64,000 nt of DNA, taken from NCBI GenBank assembly GCA_964234715.1, contig OZ174275.1. The stretch is one strand, 5' to 3'. Below are positions 51,229 to 63,835 of the stretch, in pieces. The notes beneath the pieces were generated by a model that was given only the letters and a program-made list of their open reading frames with translations, made no database searches and was not told the DNA's origin. The position numbers and the translations under genes are program-made. This DNA comes from Podarcis melisellensis. Taxonomy: Eukaryota. The stretch's first letter is position 1, and the number at the start of each line of letters is the position of its first letter.

Positions 51229-52269
51229 GTAAGCACATGTTTCATTTTGCTTAGTCCCAAGAATCTAGAAGTCTTGCAAGCAGATGAAAATTTGTTATTA
51301 CAATCTACCATGGCAATACAATAGGATGAGCTGGGTTAAAACACCTATCCTCAATTTTGCAGCTGGATTTTGTGGGGAGGGCTGTGGGCACTGGTGAAAA
51401 TGTTCATGGTAGACAGGGGAGCATTTCCATTGCTGTGATCACTGGGCTGATGCTTCCTAAGCAGAAGTCAGTAAAAATGGTAGAGATTTCACTGCCATGG
51501 TAACAGGAATATGTTCATTTCCGTCATTTCAAGCAAAGTCATGCAGCAGTAAACGGATGCGCTGCTGTCTGTGCGCAAGGTGCCATGGCAGTGCTGCTCG
51601 ATTTCCTGGAGTTAGGCCTCCAAGGGGTTACATAGAGGCACTTCAAAAGATCCAGCCTTCTAATGAAAGTGATTGCTAAAGACTTTTTGGGGACCAAATG
51701 AAGAAGAGGGCATGTGCTCCTGCACATGTAATAGTTGCACTGAAGAGAGTTTCGGCAGGTGTTGCTTGTCACACACGCTAAAACTACGCAATTTCCTCTC
51801 CTACAAACAAACTGCAGAAGCCTTGTGTACATTTTTCTCTGGCCAATTTAGGGACTGAATATGTACCATGAGGAAAAGAATATGCCATATATGAACTACT
51901 AGGAACTGTTTGATTTGGTTTTTTGTTTAGTCGGCTTACATTCCTCCTTTTCACTGAAGTCTTTGGACCAGCTCCCATGACATGTGTGAATTGCAGTGGA
52001 TATCTCACAAACCATGCATTCAAAATGGTGCCTGTGTCACTCGCTCTTCAAAATATGGATTGGTCCATGAGATAAGTGTTGAAAGAAGCTTTTGTTCTGC
52101 ATTCCTTTAAGCAGCACCTGCTCCTTCCATATCATTGTCCCATAAAGGAAATGCAGATGATATTTAGAAATGGAAGCAAATGAGAATCTTCCTCATAATG
52201 AAGGAAACACACGGACTTCTTCTGTTGTCATATTCCTGTCCTAATATCCTCTGTGTTTTGCTCCTTTAG

Positions 52270-52447
52270 AAAAATTCTAGAGTGAAGTGGAAAGAGGCCA
52301 CCATCCCAGGCTATTATAATTCTTACACTATCTCAGGCCTGAAACCTGGTATCATTTATGAGGGGCAGCTTATTAGTGTTCAGCACTACGGCCAGAGAGA
52401 GGTCACCCGTTTTGAATTTACCACCTCGAGCACCACAGCTATTTCAA
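52270..52447 (+). CDS. FN1: FN1 exon 14 (FnIII-1b)
   Basis: [59 protein letters not shown]; 178 nt. Confidence 0.97.
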
Positions 52448-53709
52448 GTAAGTATTATTTCATTCTCTTCCAAGACAGGCAGATGCTAACCTCCAGGTAC
52501 AGGGCGGTATTTGCTTTAATGTATATCAGTCTTGAAACAGGTAACAGGCATATATCAGAACTTCTGATAGTTGCTGTGTTGCTAGCACACGGCCAGCCTT
52601 TGTTCTACAGTATTGTTTGCCATAATATTTCTTATACCAACAGTAATGGCATAGAACAGTATCCAGTAGCCTCACATTTCACCTTGTTTCTGTGCATTTT
52701 TTAAAAATACCAGTCTGCTTCCCTGTCACTCTGTGCTTTCTCTGCTTTGATATAGGGCTGGGTGAAATCTGGTTTTCAACACTGTGACACATATCACTGG
52801 TATAACATTGTGATATACTGATATATCACTCTGTGTGTGTGTGTGCCCAGCCCTACTTTGATCTGTTTCAGGTTCTGAGATCCTCCGTATAAAACAAACC
52901 TCTGTGTTCGTCATTGACTATGATGTGGAATCTAAAAATGGCTGTAAAGTTTTCACCTTTCTGCTAAAGTGGATGAGATTCATAGACACACAAGCTCCTC
53001 CACAATGGATTAAACCTGCCAAATTGCAAACAAGCAAATGCAGAACTTTTTTGTGGGTGAAGTCAAAGCGGTTCACTTTTCACCGTAATGTGGAGGGGTG
53101 CAGGGGGTATTTGTTTCCCTGGTCTTTCTTACCTTAAAGTAAGAGGTGGCCAAGGGATATGCATATTTGCTTGTACATCTTAAAATCTATAGCTTCCCTT
53201 TGGTCTTCCCTTTCGAGTGCATGTTTGTGTCTTCCGTTGGCCTTACAATGTGAGGCTGCCTAGAATGCTGCCTATGGACTTCTCAAGAGCCCTGGGGTTT
53301 CGCAGTTTTTTTGCTAAAAGAACTATGTAGGATTTATAAATGAAGCTTTAAACTTTTTTTAAAAAAATAATCTACTGCTGTGCTTTAACAATGACAACAC
53401 CAACCCAGAGGTCTTGAGTGTTCTGCCGTCAGGAAGCCAGCCAAGAACACCACCCCCCAAGTTGCAAGGGGTTACTGATGTCATGGTTTCATTCGGGGGG
53501 GGAGAAATACCCCCAAATCACCCCATTGTTCAGCCCTTTTGCTATCAGTTTTAACTCATAATTTAATTAACAAAAATAAAAAAGTATTAAAAGTCTGTAT
53601 TAAAACATACTTTTGCATAAAATCAAAGCCTATGTAAGGCAACAGCTCTTGATTTCTCCTGTCTTTCCTTCCATGAAACTATTGCTTATATATTAACTTT
53701 GCTTTGCAG

Positions 53710-53886
53710 GTACTCATGTGATAGGAGAAACAACAGCACTTCCTTCTGTGGTTTCTATCTCGGAATCCATCACAGAAATTACAGCCAATAGTTTTGTGGT
53801 TTCCTGGGTCTCTGCTTCAGACACTGTCTCCGGATTCCGCGTGGAATATGAACTGAGTGAAGATGGGGATGAGCCCAAGTACTTGG
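53710..53886 (+). CDS. FN1: FN1 exon 15 (linker + FnIII-2a)
   Basis: [58 protein letters not shown]; 177 nt. Confidence 0.97.
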
Positions 53887-54374
53887 GTAAGATTGGATGA
53901 GCATCAGTCGCAGATGACATAAATAGGGTTAATTTCATTTCAGCCTATAAAGCTTCTCTAGTATGGTTGTCCTCATAGCCATGTCTACTCAAAAGTAAGT
54001 CCCTTTGAATTCCCAGCTGTGTTGAGGATTGCTGCCTAACTTTTGTTCTGCTATTGAAAATATAAGTCTCATAATTATGGATATATGAATTATTAGGAAT
54101 TTTCTGAAACTGCATTCAATTGTGTATGGAGGCTTCATTCAGGCAGATCACGCCTCTTAATTTCTTGCCAAGTGAGTTTCACTCCAGGTTTCTGGAGTTC
54201 TCAGAAGTGCCCAGTGCAGTCCAATCTGATACATGTTTTCTTCAAAAGAATTTCTGCTAAATTCACTGGGGTTTACACCAAAGTATGTGCATGGCATTGT
54301 AACACCAGAATCCTGGTTGTTTATTTATTTGCACATAACAAACATTCCCTGTTTTTCATTTGTTCTTTTTAAAG

Positions 54375-54503
54375 ATCTTCCAAGCACAGTCAATTCAGTT
54401 AGTATCTCCAACTTACTTCCGGGTCGCAATTACATCGTCAAGGTCTATGAGGTCTCAGAAGAAGGAGAGCAGGATTTAATTCTGTCCACCACACAGACAA
54501 CCG
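54375..54503 (+). CDS. FN1: FN1 exon 16 (FnIII-2b)
   Basis: [42 protein letters not shown]; 129 nt. Confidence 0.97.
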
Positions 54504-54618
54504 GTATGTTGGATCACACAATATTTGGCAAGGAAAGACACCAGGCCACCATATTTTCCCTTTGAAGCTGGTCACTTTGTGCCATTGGACTTTCATATTT
54601 TTCTCTCTCCTTAAACAG

Positions 54619-54708
54619 CACCTGATGCTCCTCCTGAGCACCATGTAGAAAAGGTTGATGACACTTCAATAGTCGTGAGCTGGAACAGACCAGAAGCTCC
54701 AATCACAG
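54619..54708 (+). CDS. FN1: FN1 exon 17 (FnIII-3a)
   Basis: [29 protein letters not shown]; 90 nt; donor AG|GTCTGG. Confidence 0.96.
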
Positions 54709-55097
54709 GTCTGGCTCATTTACTTGTCTTGGTTTTTAAATTTTGGTGCATTTTGTTTTTCTTCAGTTGTAAGAGAGGCAAACGCATGGCGATATAGCCG
54801 AGGACTAAACTCTTTATACACCAAAAAGTATATATTTCAGGCATAGGGGAGGTGACTATCAGTCCTGCTGCCTGTCTAATAAAAACAGAGGGTTCTGAAG
54901 TATTGTGATTCATAAGGTTATAGTCCTCCTAAATTTTAATTTATGCAGGCTCACTAGTCCTCAGTTTTTGAAATGTGCAGGATAATATAAAGGCTTGAAT
55001 AATAACGGTGGCTAATTCAACATAGGGGTGAGCAGATGTCTCCCATTTGGTTTTGTTTCTGTGTCATGGGCTAACCATGCATTTCTGGCTACCTTAG

Positions 55098-55292
55098 GTT
55101 ACCGAATTGTCTATACTCCATCTGTGGAAGGCAGCAGTACTGAACTCAACCTACCAGAGTCTGCTACCTCGGTGACGCTCAGTGACTTGATGCCTGGTGT
55201 TCAATACAATATTAGCATTTATGCTGTGGAAGAGAATCAGGAGAGCTCTCCTATTTTCATTCAGAAGACGACCACAGGAGCACCACAGGAAG
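55098..55292 (+). CDS. FN1: FN1 exon 18 (FnIII-3b)
   Basis: [64 protein letters not shown]; 195 nt. Confidence 0.97.
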
Positions 55293-55639
55293 GTAGTGCC
55301 TACTATATTTCCACTGCTCTTCCCTATGTCCCTCCAAAGCTATACCACCCTCCAAATGTGAAGCTGATTGGTTTTCTTGAGTGACACAATGGGAAGGACT
55401 TTTGAGGGACGTTGGAAAAGGGAACATCAATTCCTCTATGATATGGTAGTGGGATGTAATGGGCATTCTTTTTACTTAGTTTTGGTTACATTTAAACCAT
55501 TCCCACCTGGCAGCTGCTTTCAAAATGTGGCAGCATGAAAAGGGCGGTTGTAATATGGGTCCAGGTTAGCCCCCCTCCTTGTCATTGCAGTCACTTTGCA
55601 GTTTGGTAAGGGGTGTGCTTTGTGCATCTTTCTGGCTAG

Positions 55640-55912
55640 GTGTGATTCCTTCACCCAAGGATTTGCAGTTTGTGGAAGTCACAGATGTCAAAGTCACCAT
55701 CATGTGGACCCCCCCTGAAAGTGCTGTGACTGGCTATCGCGTAGAAGTGATCCCAGTTAACCGTCCTGGTGAACATGGTCAGAGGCTGCCCGTTACTAGG
55801 TATTCGTTTGCTGAGGTCACAGAGCTTCTGCCTGGAACAACCTATGTTTTCAAGGTCTATGCCCTCGGACAAGGCACAGAAAGTGAGCCACTGACTGGAG
55901 AACAAACAACCA
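55640..55912 (+). CDS. FN1: FN1 exon 19 (FnIII-4)
   Basis: [34 protein letters not shown]...[10 protein letters not shown]; 273 nt. Confidence 0.98.
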
Positions 55913-56520
55913 GTAAGTAAATTTTCTTTAACTATGTTTATATATTTGTTCCAACCTCATCCTGCCAGAAATCTCAACATTTCACAAATATTTATTTACA
56001 ATTAGAAATGTGGATGTTAGTGGCCAGGATAGTTCAGCAAGAGAATTTCTTTATCAAAAGCTGCTTTTCTGGTTCAGGAGTTCCTACCAACTGAACTTCA
56101 AACTTCCTTTTTTTGAGACCATGAGTTGGTGGTGGAGACTGTTGAATTAAATATTGTGCACATAACATAGGCACTCACACCTAACCTTTAGTGAAGGATT
56201 CTTGGTCACAGCCACTGTCTTTGTAAAACTCAAAACACGTATTAATGCAGAATGTTAACATGATCTTGTCAGGGTAAAGCAAAATAGCAATCTACTGTGC
56301 TCTCATTGTGATACCGTTTTAAAATTGTGTATTTTGAGGGCAGTGATGGACCAGATCTGAAATGTAGTGCTGAGTACAGCTATTCTTAACAGGCATGGCT
56401 TGAGCTGGTAACAGGTGTCTGCAACTGTGCTTTCCATTCATTATGATCAGGACCAGAATTGCTTCATCTAAACCACATTTTGAAAAACATTCACATAAAT
56501 CCTGTGATATAATTGAAATA

Positions 56521-56757
56521 CCCGTATTTTTCGCTCTATAAGACGTACCAGACCACAAGACGCACCTAGTTTTTGGAGGAGGAAAACAAGAAAAAAAATA
56601 TTCTGAATCTCAGAAGCCAGAACAGCAAGAGGGATCGCTACGCAGTGAAAGCAGCAATCCCTCTTGCTGTTCTGGCTTCTGGGATAGCTGCACAGCCTGC
56701 ACTCACTCCATAAGATGCACACACATTTCCCCTTACTTTTTAGGGCAAAAAATACAG
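56521..56757. mobile_element. Tc1/mariner (pogo/Tc2-like) non-autonomous element
   Basis: CCGTATTTTT / AAAAATACAG ends with TA flanks; internal perfect 25-bp inverted repeat. Confidence 0.78.
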
Positions 56758-57180
56758 TATATGGGAAAAGAGAACAGACAAGATTTCCCAATGAATAATC
56801 CCCCCTCCAGTCCTTCAAGATAACTAGTCCTTCAGACCAACTGAATGCTTGCTTATGAAATCTATGGATTTCATCTATACAACAAACATATATAATCACA
56901 ATTTATTTTAAAAGTTTTGGAAACATACAGATATTGCCTCTTGGCTATGCAATGAAGGGATAGAACTGTAGATTTTGTGATCATGGTTGTTAACTGCTGT
57001 AACTAAAGACATTCTGCATATGGGAAACAGTACAATAGTTGGCACAGTATGTGTTTATGTAAGAAACAAACCCAAGGAAGGAAGATTAGGTACCTGCGCC
57101 CCTTTAAAATACCTCTAAATATCCAGGACAAGTACAAAGCACTGTGCCAACTTGGATAAGAGCCCAGATTCCAGTGGCTC

Positions 57181-57450
57181 ATAAGACCTTAAGAAGAGAC
57201 TGCTGAATCAGGCCACTGGCACCCAGTTCTTACAGAGGCCAACCAGATGCCTGTGGGAAACCAGGGTGCAGGATTGGAGCAGGAGAGCACCATCCCATCC
57301 AGTGGTCCTCAGCAACTGGTATTCTAAAGCATTACTGCTGCCATCATGGCTAGCAGTCCTCAAGAGCTCCATCCACCATGAATTTGTCTAATCCTCTTTT
57401 AAAGCCACCAAGATTGGTGGCCAACACTGCCTCCTCTGGGAGCAAGTTCC
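57181..57450 (-). mobile_element. CR1 3' end remnant (antisense)
   Basis: ATAAGA..AAGAAGAGACTGCTGAATCAGGCC..GGCCAACCAGATGCC..CAACTGGTATTC..TCTAATCCTCTTTTAAAGCCA. Confidence 0.72.
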
Positions 57451-57647
57451 GCTGTGTACTTTCTTTTATCTGTTCTTATCTTAACTTTTGGCAAAAGACG
57501 TGAGGTCGCTGTTATGAAATAAATACTGACTAGTGGTAGCAGTAGCAACTGTTGTGTGAAGCCTTGCTCTATATGTTTAGGGGGGGAGGAGGGAAGAACA
57601 ATGGTTCCTAAGAAGATGTAAAATGTTTGTTTGGCTTTCCCTTCTAG

Positions 57648-57914
57648 GACTGGATGGCCCAACTAACCTGCGTTTTGTCAATGAGACGGACTCTACTGTG
57701 CTGGTGACCTGGAGGCCCCCTCGTAGCCGCATTGCAGGATACCGGCTTACTGTGAGCCTCACAACAGGAGGGCAACCCAAAGAGTTCACCGTGGGGCCCT
57801 CAGTCACCAGATACCAGCTGAGGAACTTGCAGCCTGCCTCTGAGTACACTGTGTCCCTAGTGGCTATCAAAGGAGACCAGCAAAGCAACCCGGAAACAGG
57901 AATCTTCACCACTT
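57648..57914 (+). CDS. FN1: FN1 exon 20 (FnIII-5)
   Basis: [35 protein letters not shown]...NPETGIFTT; 267 nt. Confidence 0.98.
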
Positions 57915-58544
57915 GTAAGCAAGAAGCCATTTTGGATATTGTTTCAGTTATCCTGATATTTCCCAGGCTTATGAAGAGGTTGTGTCTAAAAAGAGAGAGA
58001 GAGAAATTTATTAGTATAGAACATGAAGCTGTGTGAGGTTACACGTAGTAAGGTTTGTAGTTGTGTGTGCTGAGATACCTGCTGTCATCAGTGGAGTATA
58101 AAAATAATAAATCTGCCAGCTCCTCCCTGTGCCCTAATACTACCAGATCACCTTCCATTAGCATTGGAAATTGCTGCCCATTTTTTACTCCTTTACTCCA
58201 GTCTTCCATTGGAACCTCCTTAAGAACAGTAGCTAAGGTGGCCAGTACAAAAGGCAAGGGAGTGAGTCAGGGTCCCTTTCGTTCCTTGGTATTTTGAGCA
58301 TAGCTTCTGCCTAACACATTTTGGGAATTACTTACCTGTTAGTTGAAGAGAGAGTTCTAAGCTTTGGTTTCATATCATAGCCTGTAGTACTCTGATGACC
58401 ACAGCGCTTCAAGATCAACCTTGTTGGATACATATTGCCACCTTGCGTGGTGAAATGCAGATTTCTACCACAAGATCCAAAAGCCATCTTGAAGTGCAAG
58501 AATCATTATGTGAATTGTCTGACTCTACTGTGATAGACAGAATT

Positions 58545-58635
58545 AATGGCTGGATGGTCGTCTGTCATGGATGCTTTAGCTGAGTTTGACTAGATGAGCC
58601 TTGGGGTTCCTTCTAGTGCTACAGTTCTATGATTC
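58545..58635 (+). mobile_element. CR1 extreme 3' tail remnant
   Basis: GACTAGATGA..GGGGTTCCTTC..TTCTATGATTC (CR1 terminal octamer-like repeat). Confidence 0.6.
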
Positions 58636-60158
58636 CTATTGCATTTCTTCAAGGGAAATTGTGCCTCACTGAAAATGCCAATCAGAACTGCTTGTGATCC
58701 AGCCATCTGAGCATTGCAGATTGGCCATGCAATAGCAGCTCACCTGGGGCTCAGTAAATCTTCTGGTTTTGTTGCCTTCCTGGCATTGCAAAAACAAAGC
58801 ATACTATAGGTTTCTCCAGCAGCGGCTAGTGTGGTGGGTCAGAGTAGCACACCCAACGCAGGCATCGCTGCAGCTTACCTTATGAGGCTGGGGCAGGGAA
58901 GTGGCAAGGTCAGGGTGGAGGTGATGCACTGTTGGAGCCAACTTGCATGCCACAAGTTACGTTGACCTGAGTAAACTCTGCTGGTCACCTGTAGGTGATG
59001 TCTCTGCAATTTGTTTTGAGATGAGACTAAAGCTTCAGGCTGATTCCAAAGCTGAGTTGATCAGTGACATAGCACATGTACAAAAGAGCCATATTTGGTT
59101 CAGACTTTTAGAATATTTGGCTTAGAAACTTCCTGATCTTAAAACTGCTGCCTTGGTTTTTTATTAGCTGTCTGCTGGCTTGGATCTGTTCCAAGTTAAA
59201 TGTACCTGATAACCAGGATCTAAGTTACATACTTATTAATACTCTAATATTGCTTCCAGTCCCCCCCCCCCCCCGTAGAGTCATTCAGATGTGGTGTGAA
59301 GCTTTCACCAGAAGGAACCAGGGACAGATTTTAGAAGTTGTCACCCTGTCATCTGTGTGGGAGAGATGGACACACTTGGTATATAGGTGTCTTTTTAATA
59401 TAGCTTTTGATTCCTGGGCAGCTGGCTACATTTTTATACTAGCTCAGCTGGCTCACCAGACCTAACTTTGGAGCCACATCCTAAGTCTATTTAGTTAAGT
59501 GCATTTGGGTGTATACTTAAAGTTGCTACTACAAAACAGCCAGTGTGTCTTGCAGACATTCCTTCAGAGGCAGTTAATTAGGGTTTTTTATCCCAAATTG
59601 GCAACATTTTACTTGTTTACAGAGGAAGGGAACCCGTTGTTTTGGTAGCCACGTGGTGTTGTTTTCTCTGCTGGGTAGTACTTTGAACTCACTTTGAAGC
59701 TGATGTAAATAATGAGATCCCTCTACTTTGCAAACTAGAAGTAATGCACAGTGCTCAGGCCTTATGCCGGCTGCTTCCAGCTTTGCACCCAGGAGCTGGT
59801 TTGGGATTCATATGCATTCATACACGTAAACGTGTTTTGTTGGAATGAACCATCTCCTTTGGTTAGCCCATGACCCTGAGGACCAGGTGGCAGGAAGAAG
59901 AGTGGCCTGGTTACTATGGCAATGACTAAATCTGCTTTGGCAGGCAAGAGTTGGGATGAAGTGCAAACTCTTTATCCTGGTACTAAAGAGGTGAGCCTGG
60001 CCTACTGAGCGCCGGGTGGGCTCAGCTGCTGGGATGGCTGCCTCCCTGGGCTGTCACAAGAACTCTCCTCCTCATGGGAAAGAAAGGAGGTGGTGGCAGG
60101 CATGGTAATAATGGTTGCAAAACAAAGTGGGGATAGGAAGGCCAAGGAGGAGGAAGTA

Positions 60159-60703
60159 GGGATAGCGGAGAAACGTCGGGATAGCGGAGAAACGGCAGAG
60201 AAGTCTCCGCTGTCCCGGGGGCTTTTAAAATGCTGGGGGACGGCAGCGAAGGTTTCGCTGCCGCCCACCAGCATTTTAAAATCGCCCCGGGACAGCGGAG
60301 GCTTCTCTGCTGCCCGCCAGCATTTTTAAATCGCCCCGGGACAGCGGAGAAGTCTCCGCTGTCCCGGGGGCTTTTAAAATGCTGGCGGTCGGTAGCAAAG
60401 CCCTCCTGTCCCCGGAGCTTGTGGGGCAGGAGGTGGGGAGAAGGGCTTTTCTTCCCACCGCCAGCCTTCAGAACAGCCTTCTGAAGGCTGGCGGTGGGGA
60501 AAAAGCCCTTGTCCCCCCCCCCAGCCTTCAGAAGAGGTCGGGGGACAGACTGTCCCCGGACCTGGTCTGAAGGCGGTTTCCATAGGAACGCATTGATTGA
60601 TTTTCAATGCATTCCTATGGGAAACCGTGCTTCACAAGACGAAAAACTTGCAAGAAGAAAAAGCTTGCGGAACGAATTAATTTCGTCTTGCGAGGCACCA
60701 CTG
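60159..60703. mobile_element. Tigger-like DNA element with right TIR only; interior made of tandem hairpins
   Basis: Ends CGGAACGAATTAATTTCGTCTTGCGAGGCACCACTG|TA, similar to the end of the 24904-25118 MITE; no left TIR found. Confidence 0.82.
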
Positions 60704-60802
60704 TATGAGGCAAAAAATAAAATACAGTTCATGGCAAGCTGGCATCTCTAAGTGTCGTGATATTGTTTAAATGGGAGCTCTTTTTGTGATTTCATCTTAC
60801 AG

Positions 60803-60897
60803 TACAGCCCTCAGGCTCTGTTCCTCACTATACCACTGAAGTGACAGAAACATCTATTGTTATTACCTGGACACCAGCTCCACGAATTGGGTTTAAG
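60803..60897 (+). CDS. FN1: FN1 exon 21 (FnIII-6a)
   Basis: [31 protein letters not shown]; 95 nt; donor AAG|GTAAGA. Confidence 0.97.
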
Positions 60898-61963
60898 GTA
60901 AGAAAACAGCCACAAATTCCCACCCTACCAGTACTTCAGGTATCACTTAAACAGACATGAAAACCAATCTACCTCAGCAGGGAGAGAGACCCCTGGTTCA
61001 AAAGGGCTTATTACAACTAATGGCTCATGGCTATTTGACAACTTGTAGTAGCAATTGGTGCACTGGCTGAACGTCATTTTGTTTTAAGCCTGATGTAACA
61101 GAGTAGAAGTTAAAGGAGGTGGCATTCGTTCAGAGGTTCCTGGAGCAGCTACAAACATTTGTTTATAACTTATAAAATCCACAGTTAAAAGTGGTTTGAA
61201 TGTAATCTCCTAAGCAGCTAATAAAGAAGCAAAAATTAACAAGAAAACACACACACACACACACACACAGCATCCTGATGAAATGAAGTTGTGAAAATGT
61301 TGTCTAGCATATGTTATCCTACTAATGTGGCATTGGTGCAAAAATGGAACCTTGCTCCAGCGTGCATAAGATTTCATGTTTGTTGTTAATCATTCTTAGT
61401 TCTGGTAGTTCTTGTGCCAAAAAAAAAAAAAAAGTCCAGGCTGTGTTTCAAGAAAACTCTTAGATCTGAGCCCAGAATGAACAATTCTACAGCGCATAAA
61501 ATTGCTTAATAGAAATAATTAAACATTTCCAAACTTGGTATTTCATTTGGTTGCAGATAGAGTTGTTGTGGGTTTTTTTGACAGAGTGGTTAAGAAGCCA
61601 AGGGAGAAGGGGCAGCAGAGGCAAGATGCTAGGAATGGAGAGTCAGCAGAGAAACCACAGAACTAGAGCCACAGAACTCTTTCCCTTTTCCTCCCTGCTT
61701 TAGTCTCTAGCATGAGCAACTATGAGTGCCTGTCAATTTCAAAAGGTTTCTCTGCAATACTGAGGGCTAGATATCTACTTTTCTGAAATGAAAGCCTGAA
61801 GTTCTCAGAAAGCTCGGGTTCCACTATGCATATATCTTTGCAGAATTCAACTCCTCATAGTTTTGATCATCCACATTAAGCTATACTGGTGTTCTTCCCA
61901 GGAGTACATACTACAGCAGCTATTGTTAGCTGTGAATAATTCTTCATTCTTTTCCTTCTGCAG

Positions 61964-62132
61964 CTGGGTGTGCGACCAAGCCAAGGTGGAGAAGCTCCAA
62001 GGGAGGTCATCTCTGAGTCCGGGAGCATTGTCATCTCGGGTCTGACTCCTGGGGTGCATTACGACTACACCATCACAGTACTCATGGATGGTCAAGAGAG
62101 GATCACACCCATCACCAAGACAATAGTTACAC
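61964..62132 (+). CDS. FN1: FN1 exon 22 (FnIII-6b)
   Basis: [56 protein letters not shown]; 169 nt. Confidence 0.97.
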
Positions 62133-62639
62133 GTATGACATATTTTAACTATCACATAATGAACACTGCTTTTTTAGGCCAAAGATCCCAAAGTCATTAT
62201 CCCCCACAGAAGTCTGTGGAATTATCTTGGAGTGGTTTCTTTGTAAAACAAATCAGGCAGATTTGAGCCAGTATATGTGGAAGAGGGGGTAGCACAAGTG
62301 TATTCCTACCACAGACAAGACTTGTTTCCGGCTAACCTGGGCCTGGTACATCCTGACACCTCCAGCAGACCAGCCCATAAGGATCAGACTGCCATGAGGT
62401 GCTGCTGGACTTTGGTAGCCCACAGCATGTCATGGCTAGCTTAGAGAGCAGGGATCAGTTCATGACCCAGAGAAAATAGTGTAAGTTGGAAGAATAGCTC
62501 TTGGAAGAACCTTTTGATGCTCAGGTTTTATATTTCCAGGTGGCTTTGGTGGTGCAAAATGCCTTCCATCAGCTTCAGCTGCTGGCCCCACCACTCCTAC
62601 CCTATATGCACAGGGATATATTTGTGTTGTCTCTGCTCT

Positions 62640-63080
62640 GGTAACCTCTAGGTTAGGTTACTGTAATGGGGCTGCCTTTGAAGATGTTTCAGAAACTGCA
62701 AATGTTGGGGAATTCTGCAACCAGGTTGCTCATGATGGTCTGAGCACAGAACATCAATCCTGGCCTGTGTGCAGTGGCTGCCAGATGGTTTACTGGCCCA
62801 ATTCAAAATGCTGGTTTTTACCTTTAAAGCCATATGCAGTTTAGGACCCAATGCTTCAAGGACTGTCTTTCCCCACATAATCTAATCTGCACCCTGCATT
62901 CCAAGGGAGGTGCAGAGGGTGGCAGCGCGAGAATAGACTTTATCTGTGGTCTTGGATCTTAACTTTCTGCTTCTCTTTTAGTGGGGTGGAGTTTGAGTCT
63001 ATTCTATTTATATGTATGTAGTTTGGGCTGTTTTATCATTGTTTTTAATGTTTTTTGTAAGTCACGTTGAGTTTCATTTT
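62640..63080 (+). mobile_element. Degraded L2 LINE 3' fragment (sense)
   Basis: Remnants encoding ..YCN.., WLP, AQFKMLVFTFKAI..LGP, KDCL, followed by a T-rich 3' UTR. Confidence 0.68.
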
Positions 63081-63160
63081 TGAAAAAAGCAACTAATACT
63101 GAAAACTCTTTCTGTTGCCGATCTAGTGAAATCTTAAAACAATGATTTTGCTACTTACAG

Positions 63161-63247
63161 CTCTGTCACCACCAACCAACTTGGAACTTGATTCCAACCC
63201 CAAAACTGGAATCCTCACTGTCTCGTGGGAAAGAAGCACATCTCCAG
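63161..63247 (+). CDS. FN1: FN1 exon 23 (FnIII-7a)
   Basis: [28 protein letters not shown]; 87 nt. Confidence 0.97.
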
Positions 63248-63835
63248 GTATTTATATTGTGCACGGCTAGGAACTGCCCTTTTGACTGTGCAGCACTGTG
63301 GATCCTCAGCAATCCTGCTCATCTACTTGCTTGGTTTATACCAAGATGAGCTGTCATTTTGGGCATTGATAACCAGATACTGGATACATCTGTTAAAGTG
63401 CCATTTCTAGTACAGAGGGAAAGGAGGGCATTTTGAAAAAGAATAGCACCACTGAAATCTGCCCACTAAGAAAACAAGGAGGGTCAGAATATGGTAACTC
63501 TTCTACAACGTATTGAATTTCTTTGTGAATGCCCCCCTCAAAGCTATCAAACACCTTTAAAAGGTTGTCTTTCACAAGATTTGTGTTAAAAATAATGTCT
63601 TTAGCAGAAAAATGGAAAATTAACATAAGTCTACAAATGGAAACATCAGAATGCTTCATACTTGCCCCACATTCTGTGAAAACAATTATGTGTCACAGGC
63701 AATTGGAGGGGACCTTCTTGCTGTCAGATTTCCAGGTTTTGCGACCATTTCACATCTTTAAATAGCTGTGCTCCTGTCCAGTTTTAAGGAAGCACAGTAT
63801 AAGTGCCAACTAATCCCCTTACTTCTGTGCTTTAG

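Noticed and set aside
52448-52704. ~85-codon read-through into intron 14
   Set aside because: No known isoform and no recognisable motif; plausible by chance among 23 introns.
60159-60627. Repeat-spacer appearance resembling a CRISPR array
   Set aside because: Eukaryotic intron; the units are inverted TE-internal modules with no unique spacers and no cas genes.
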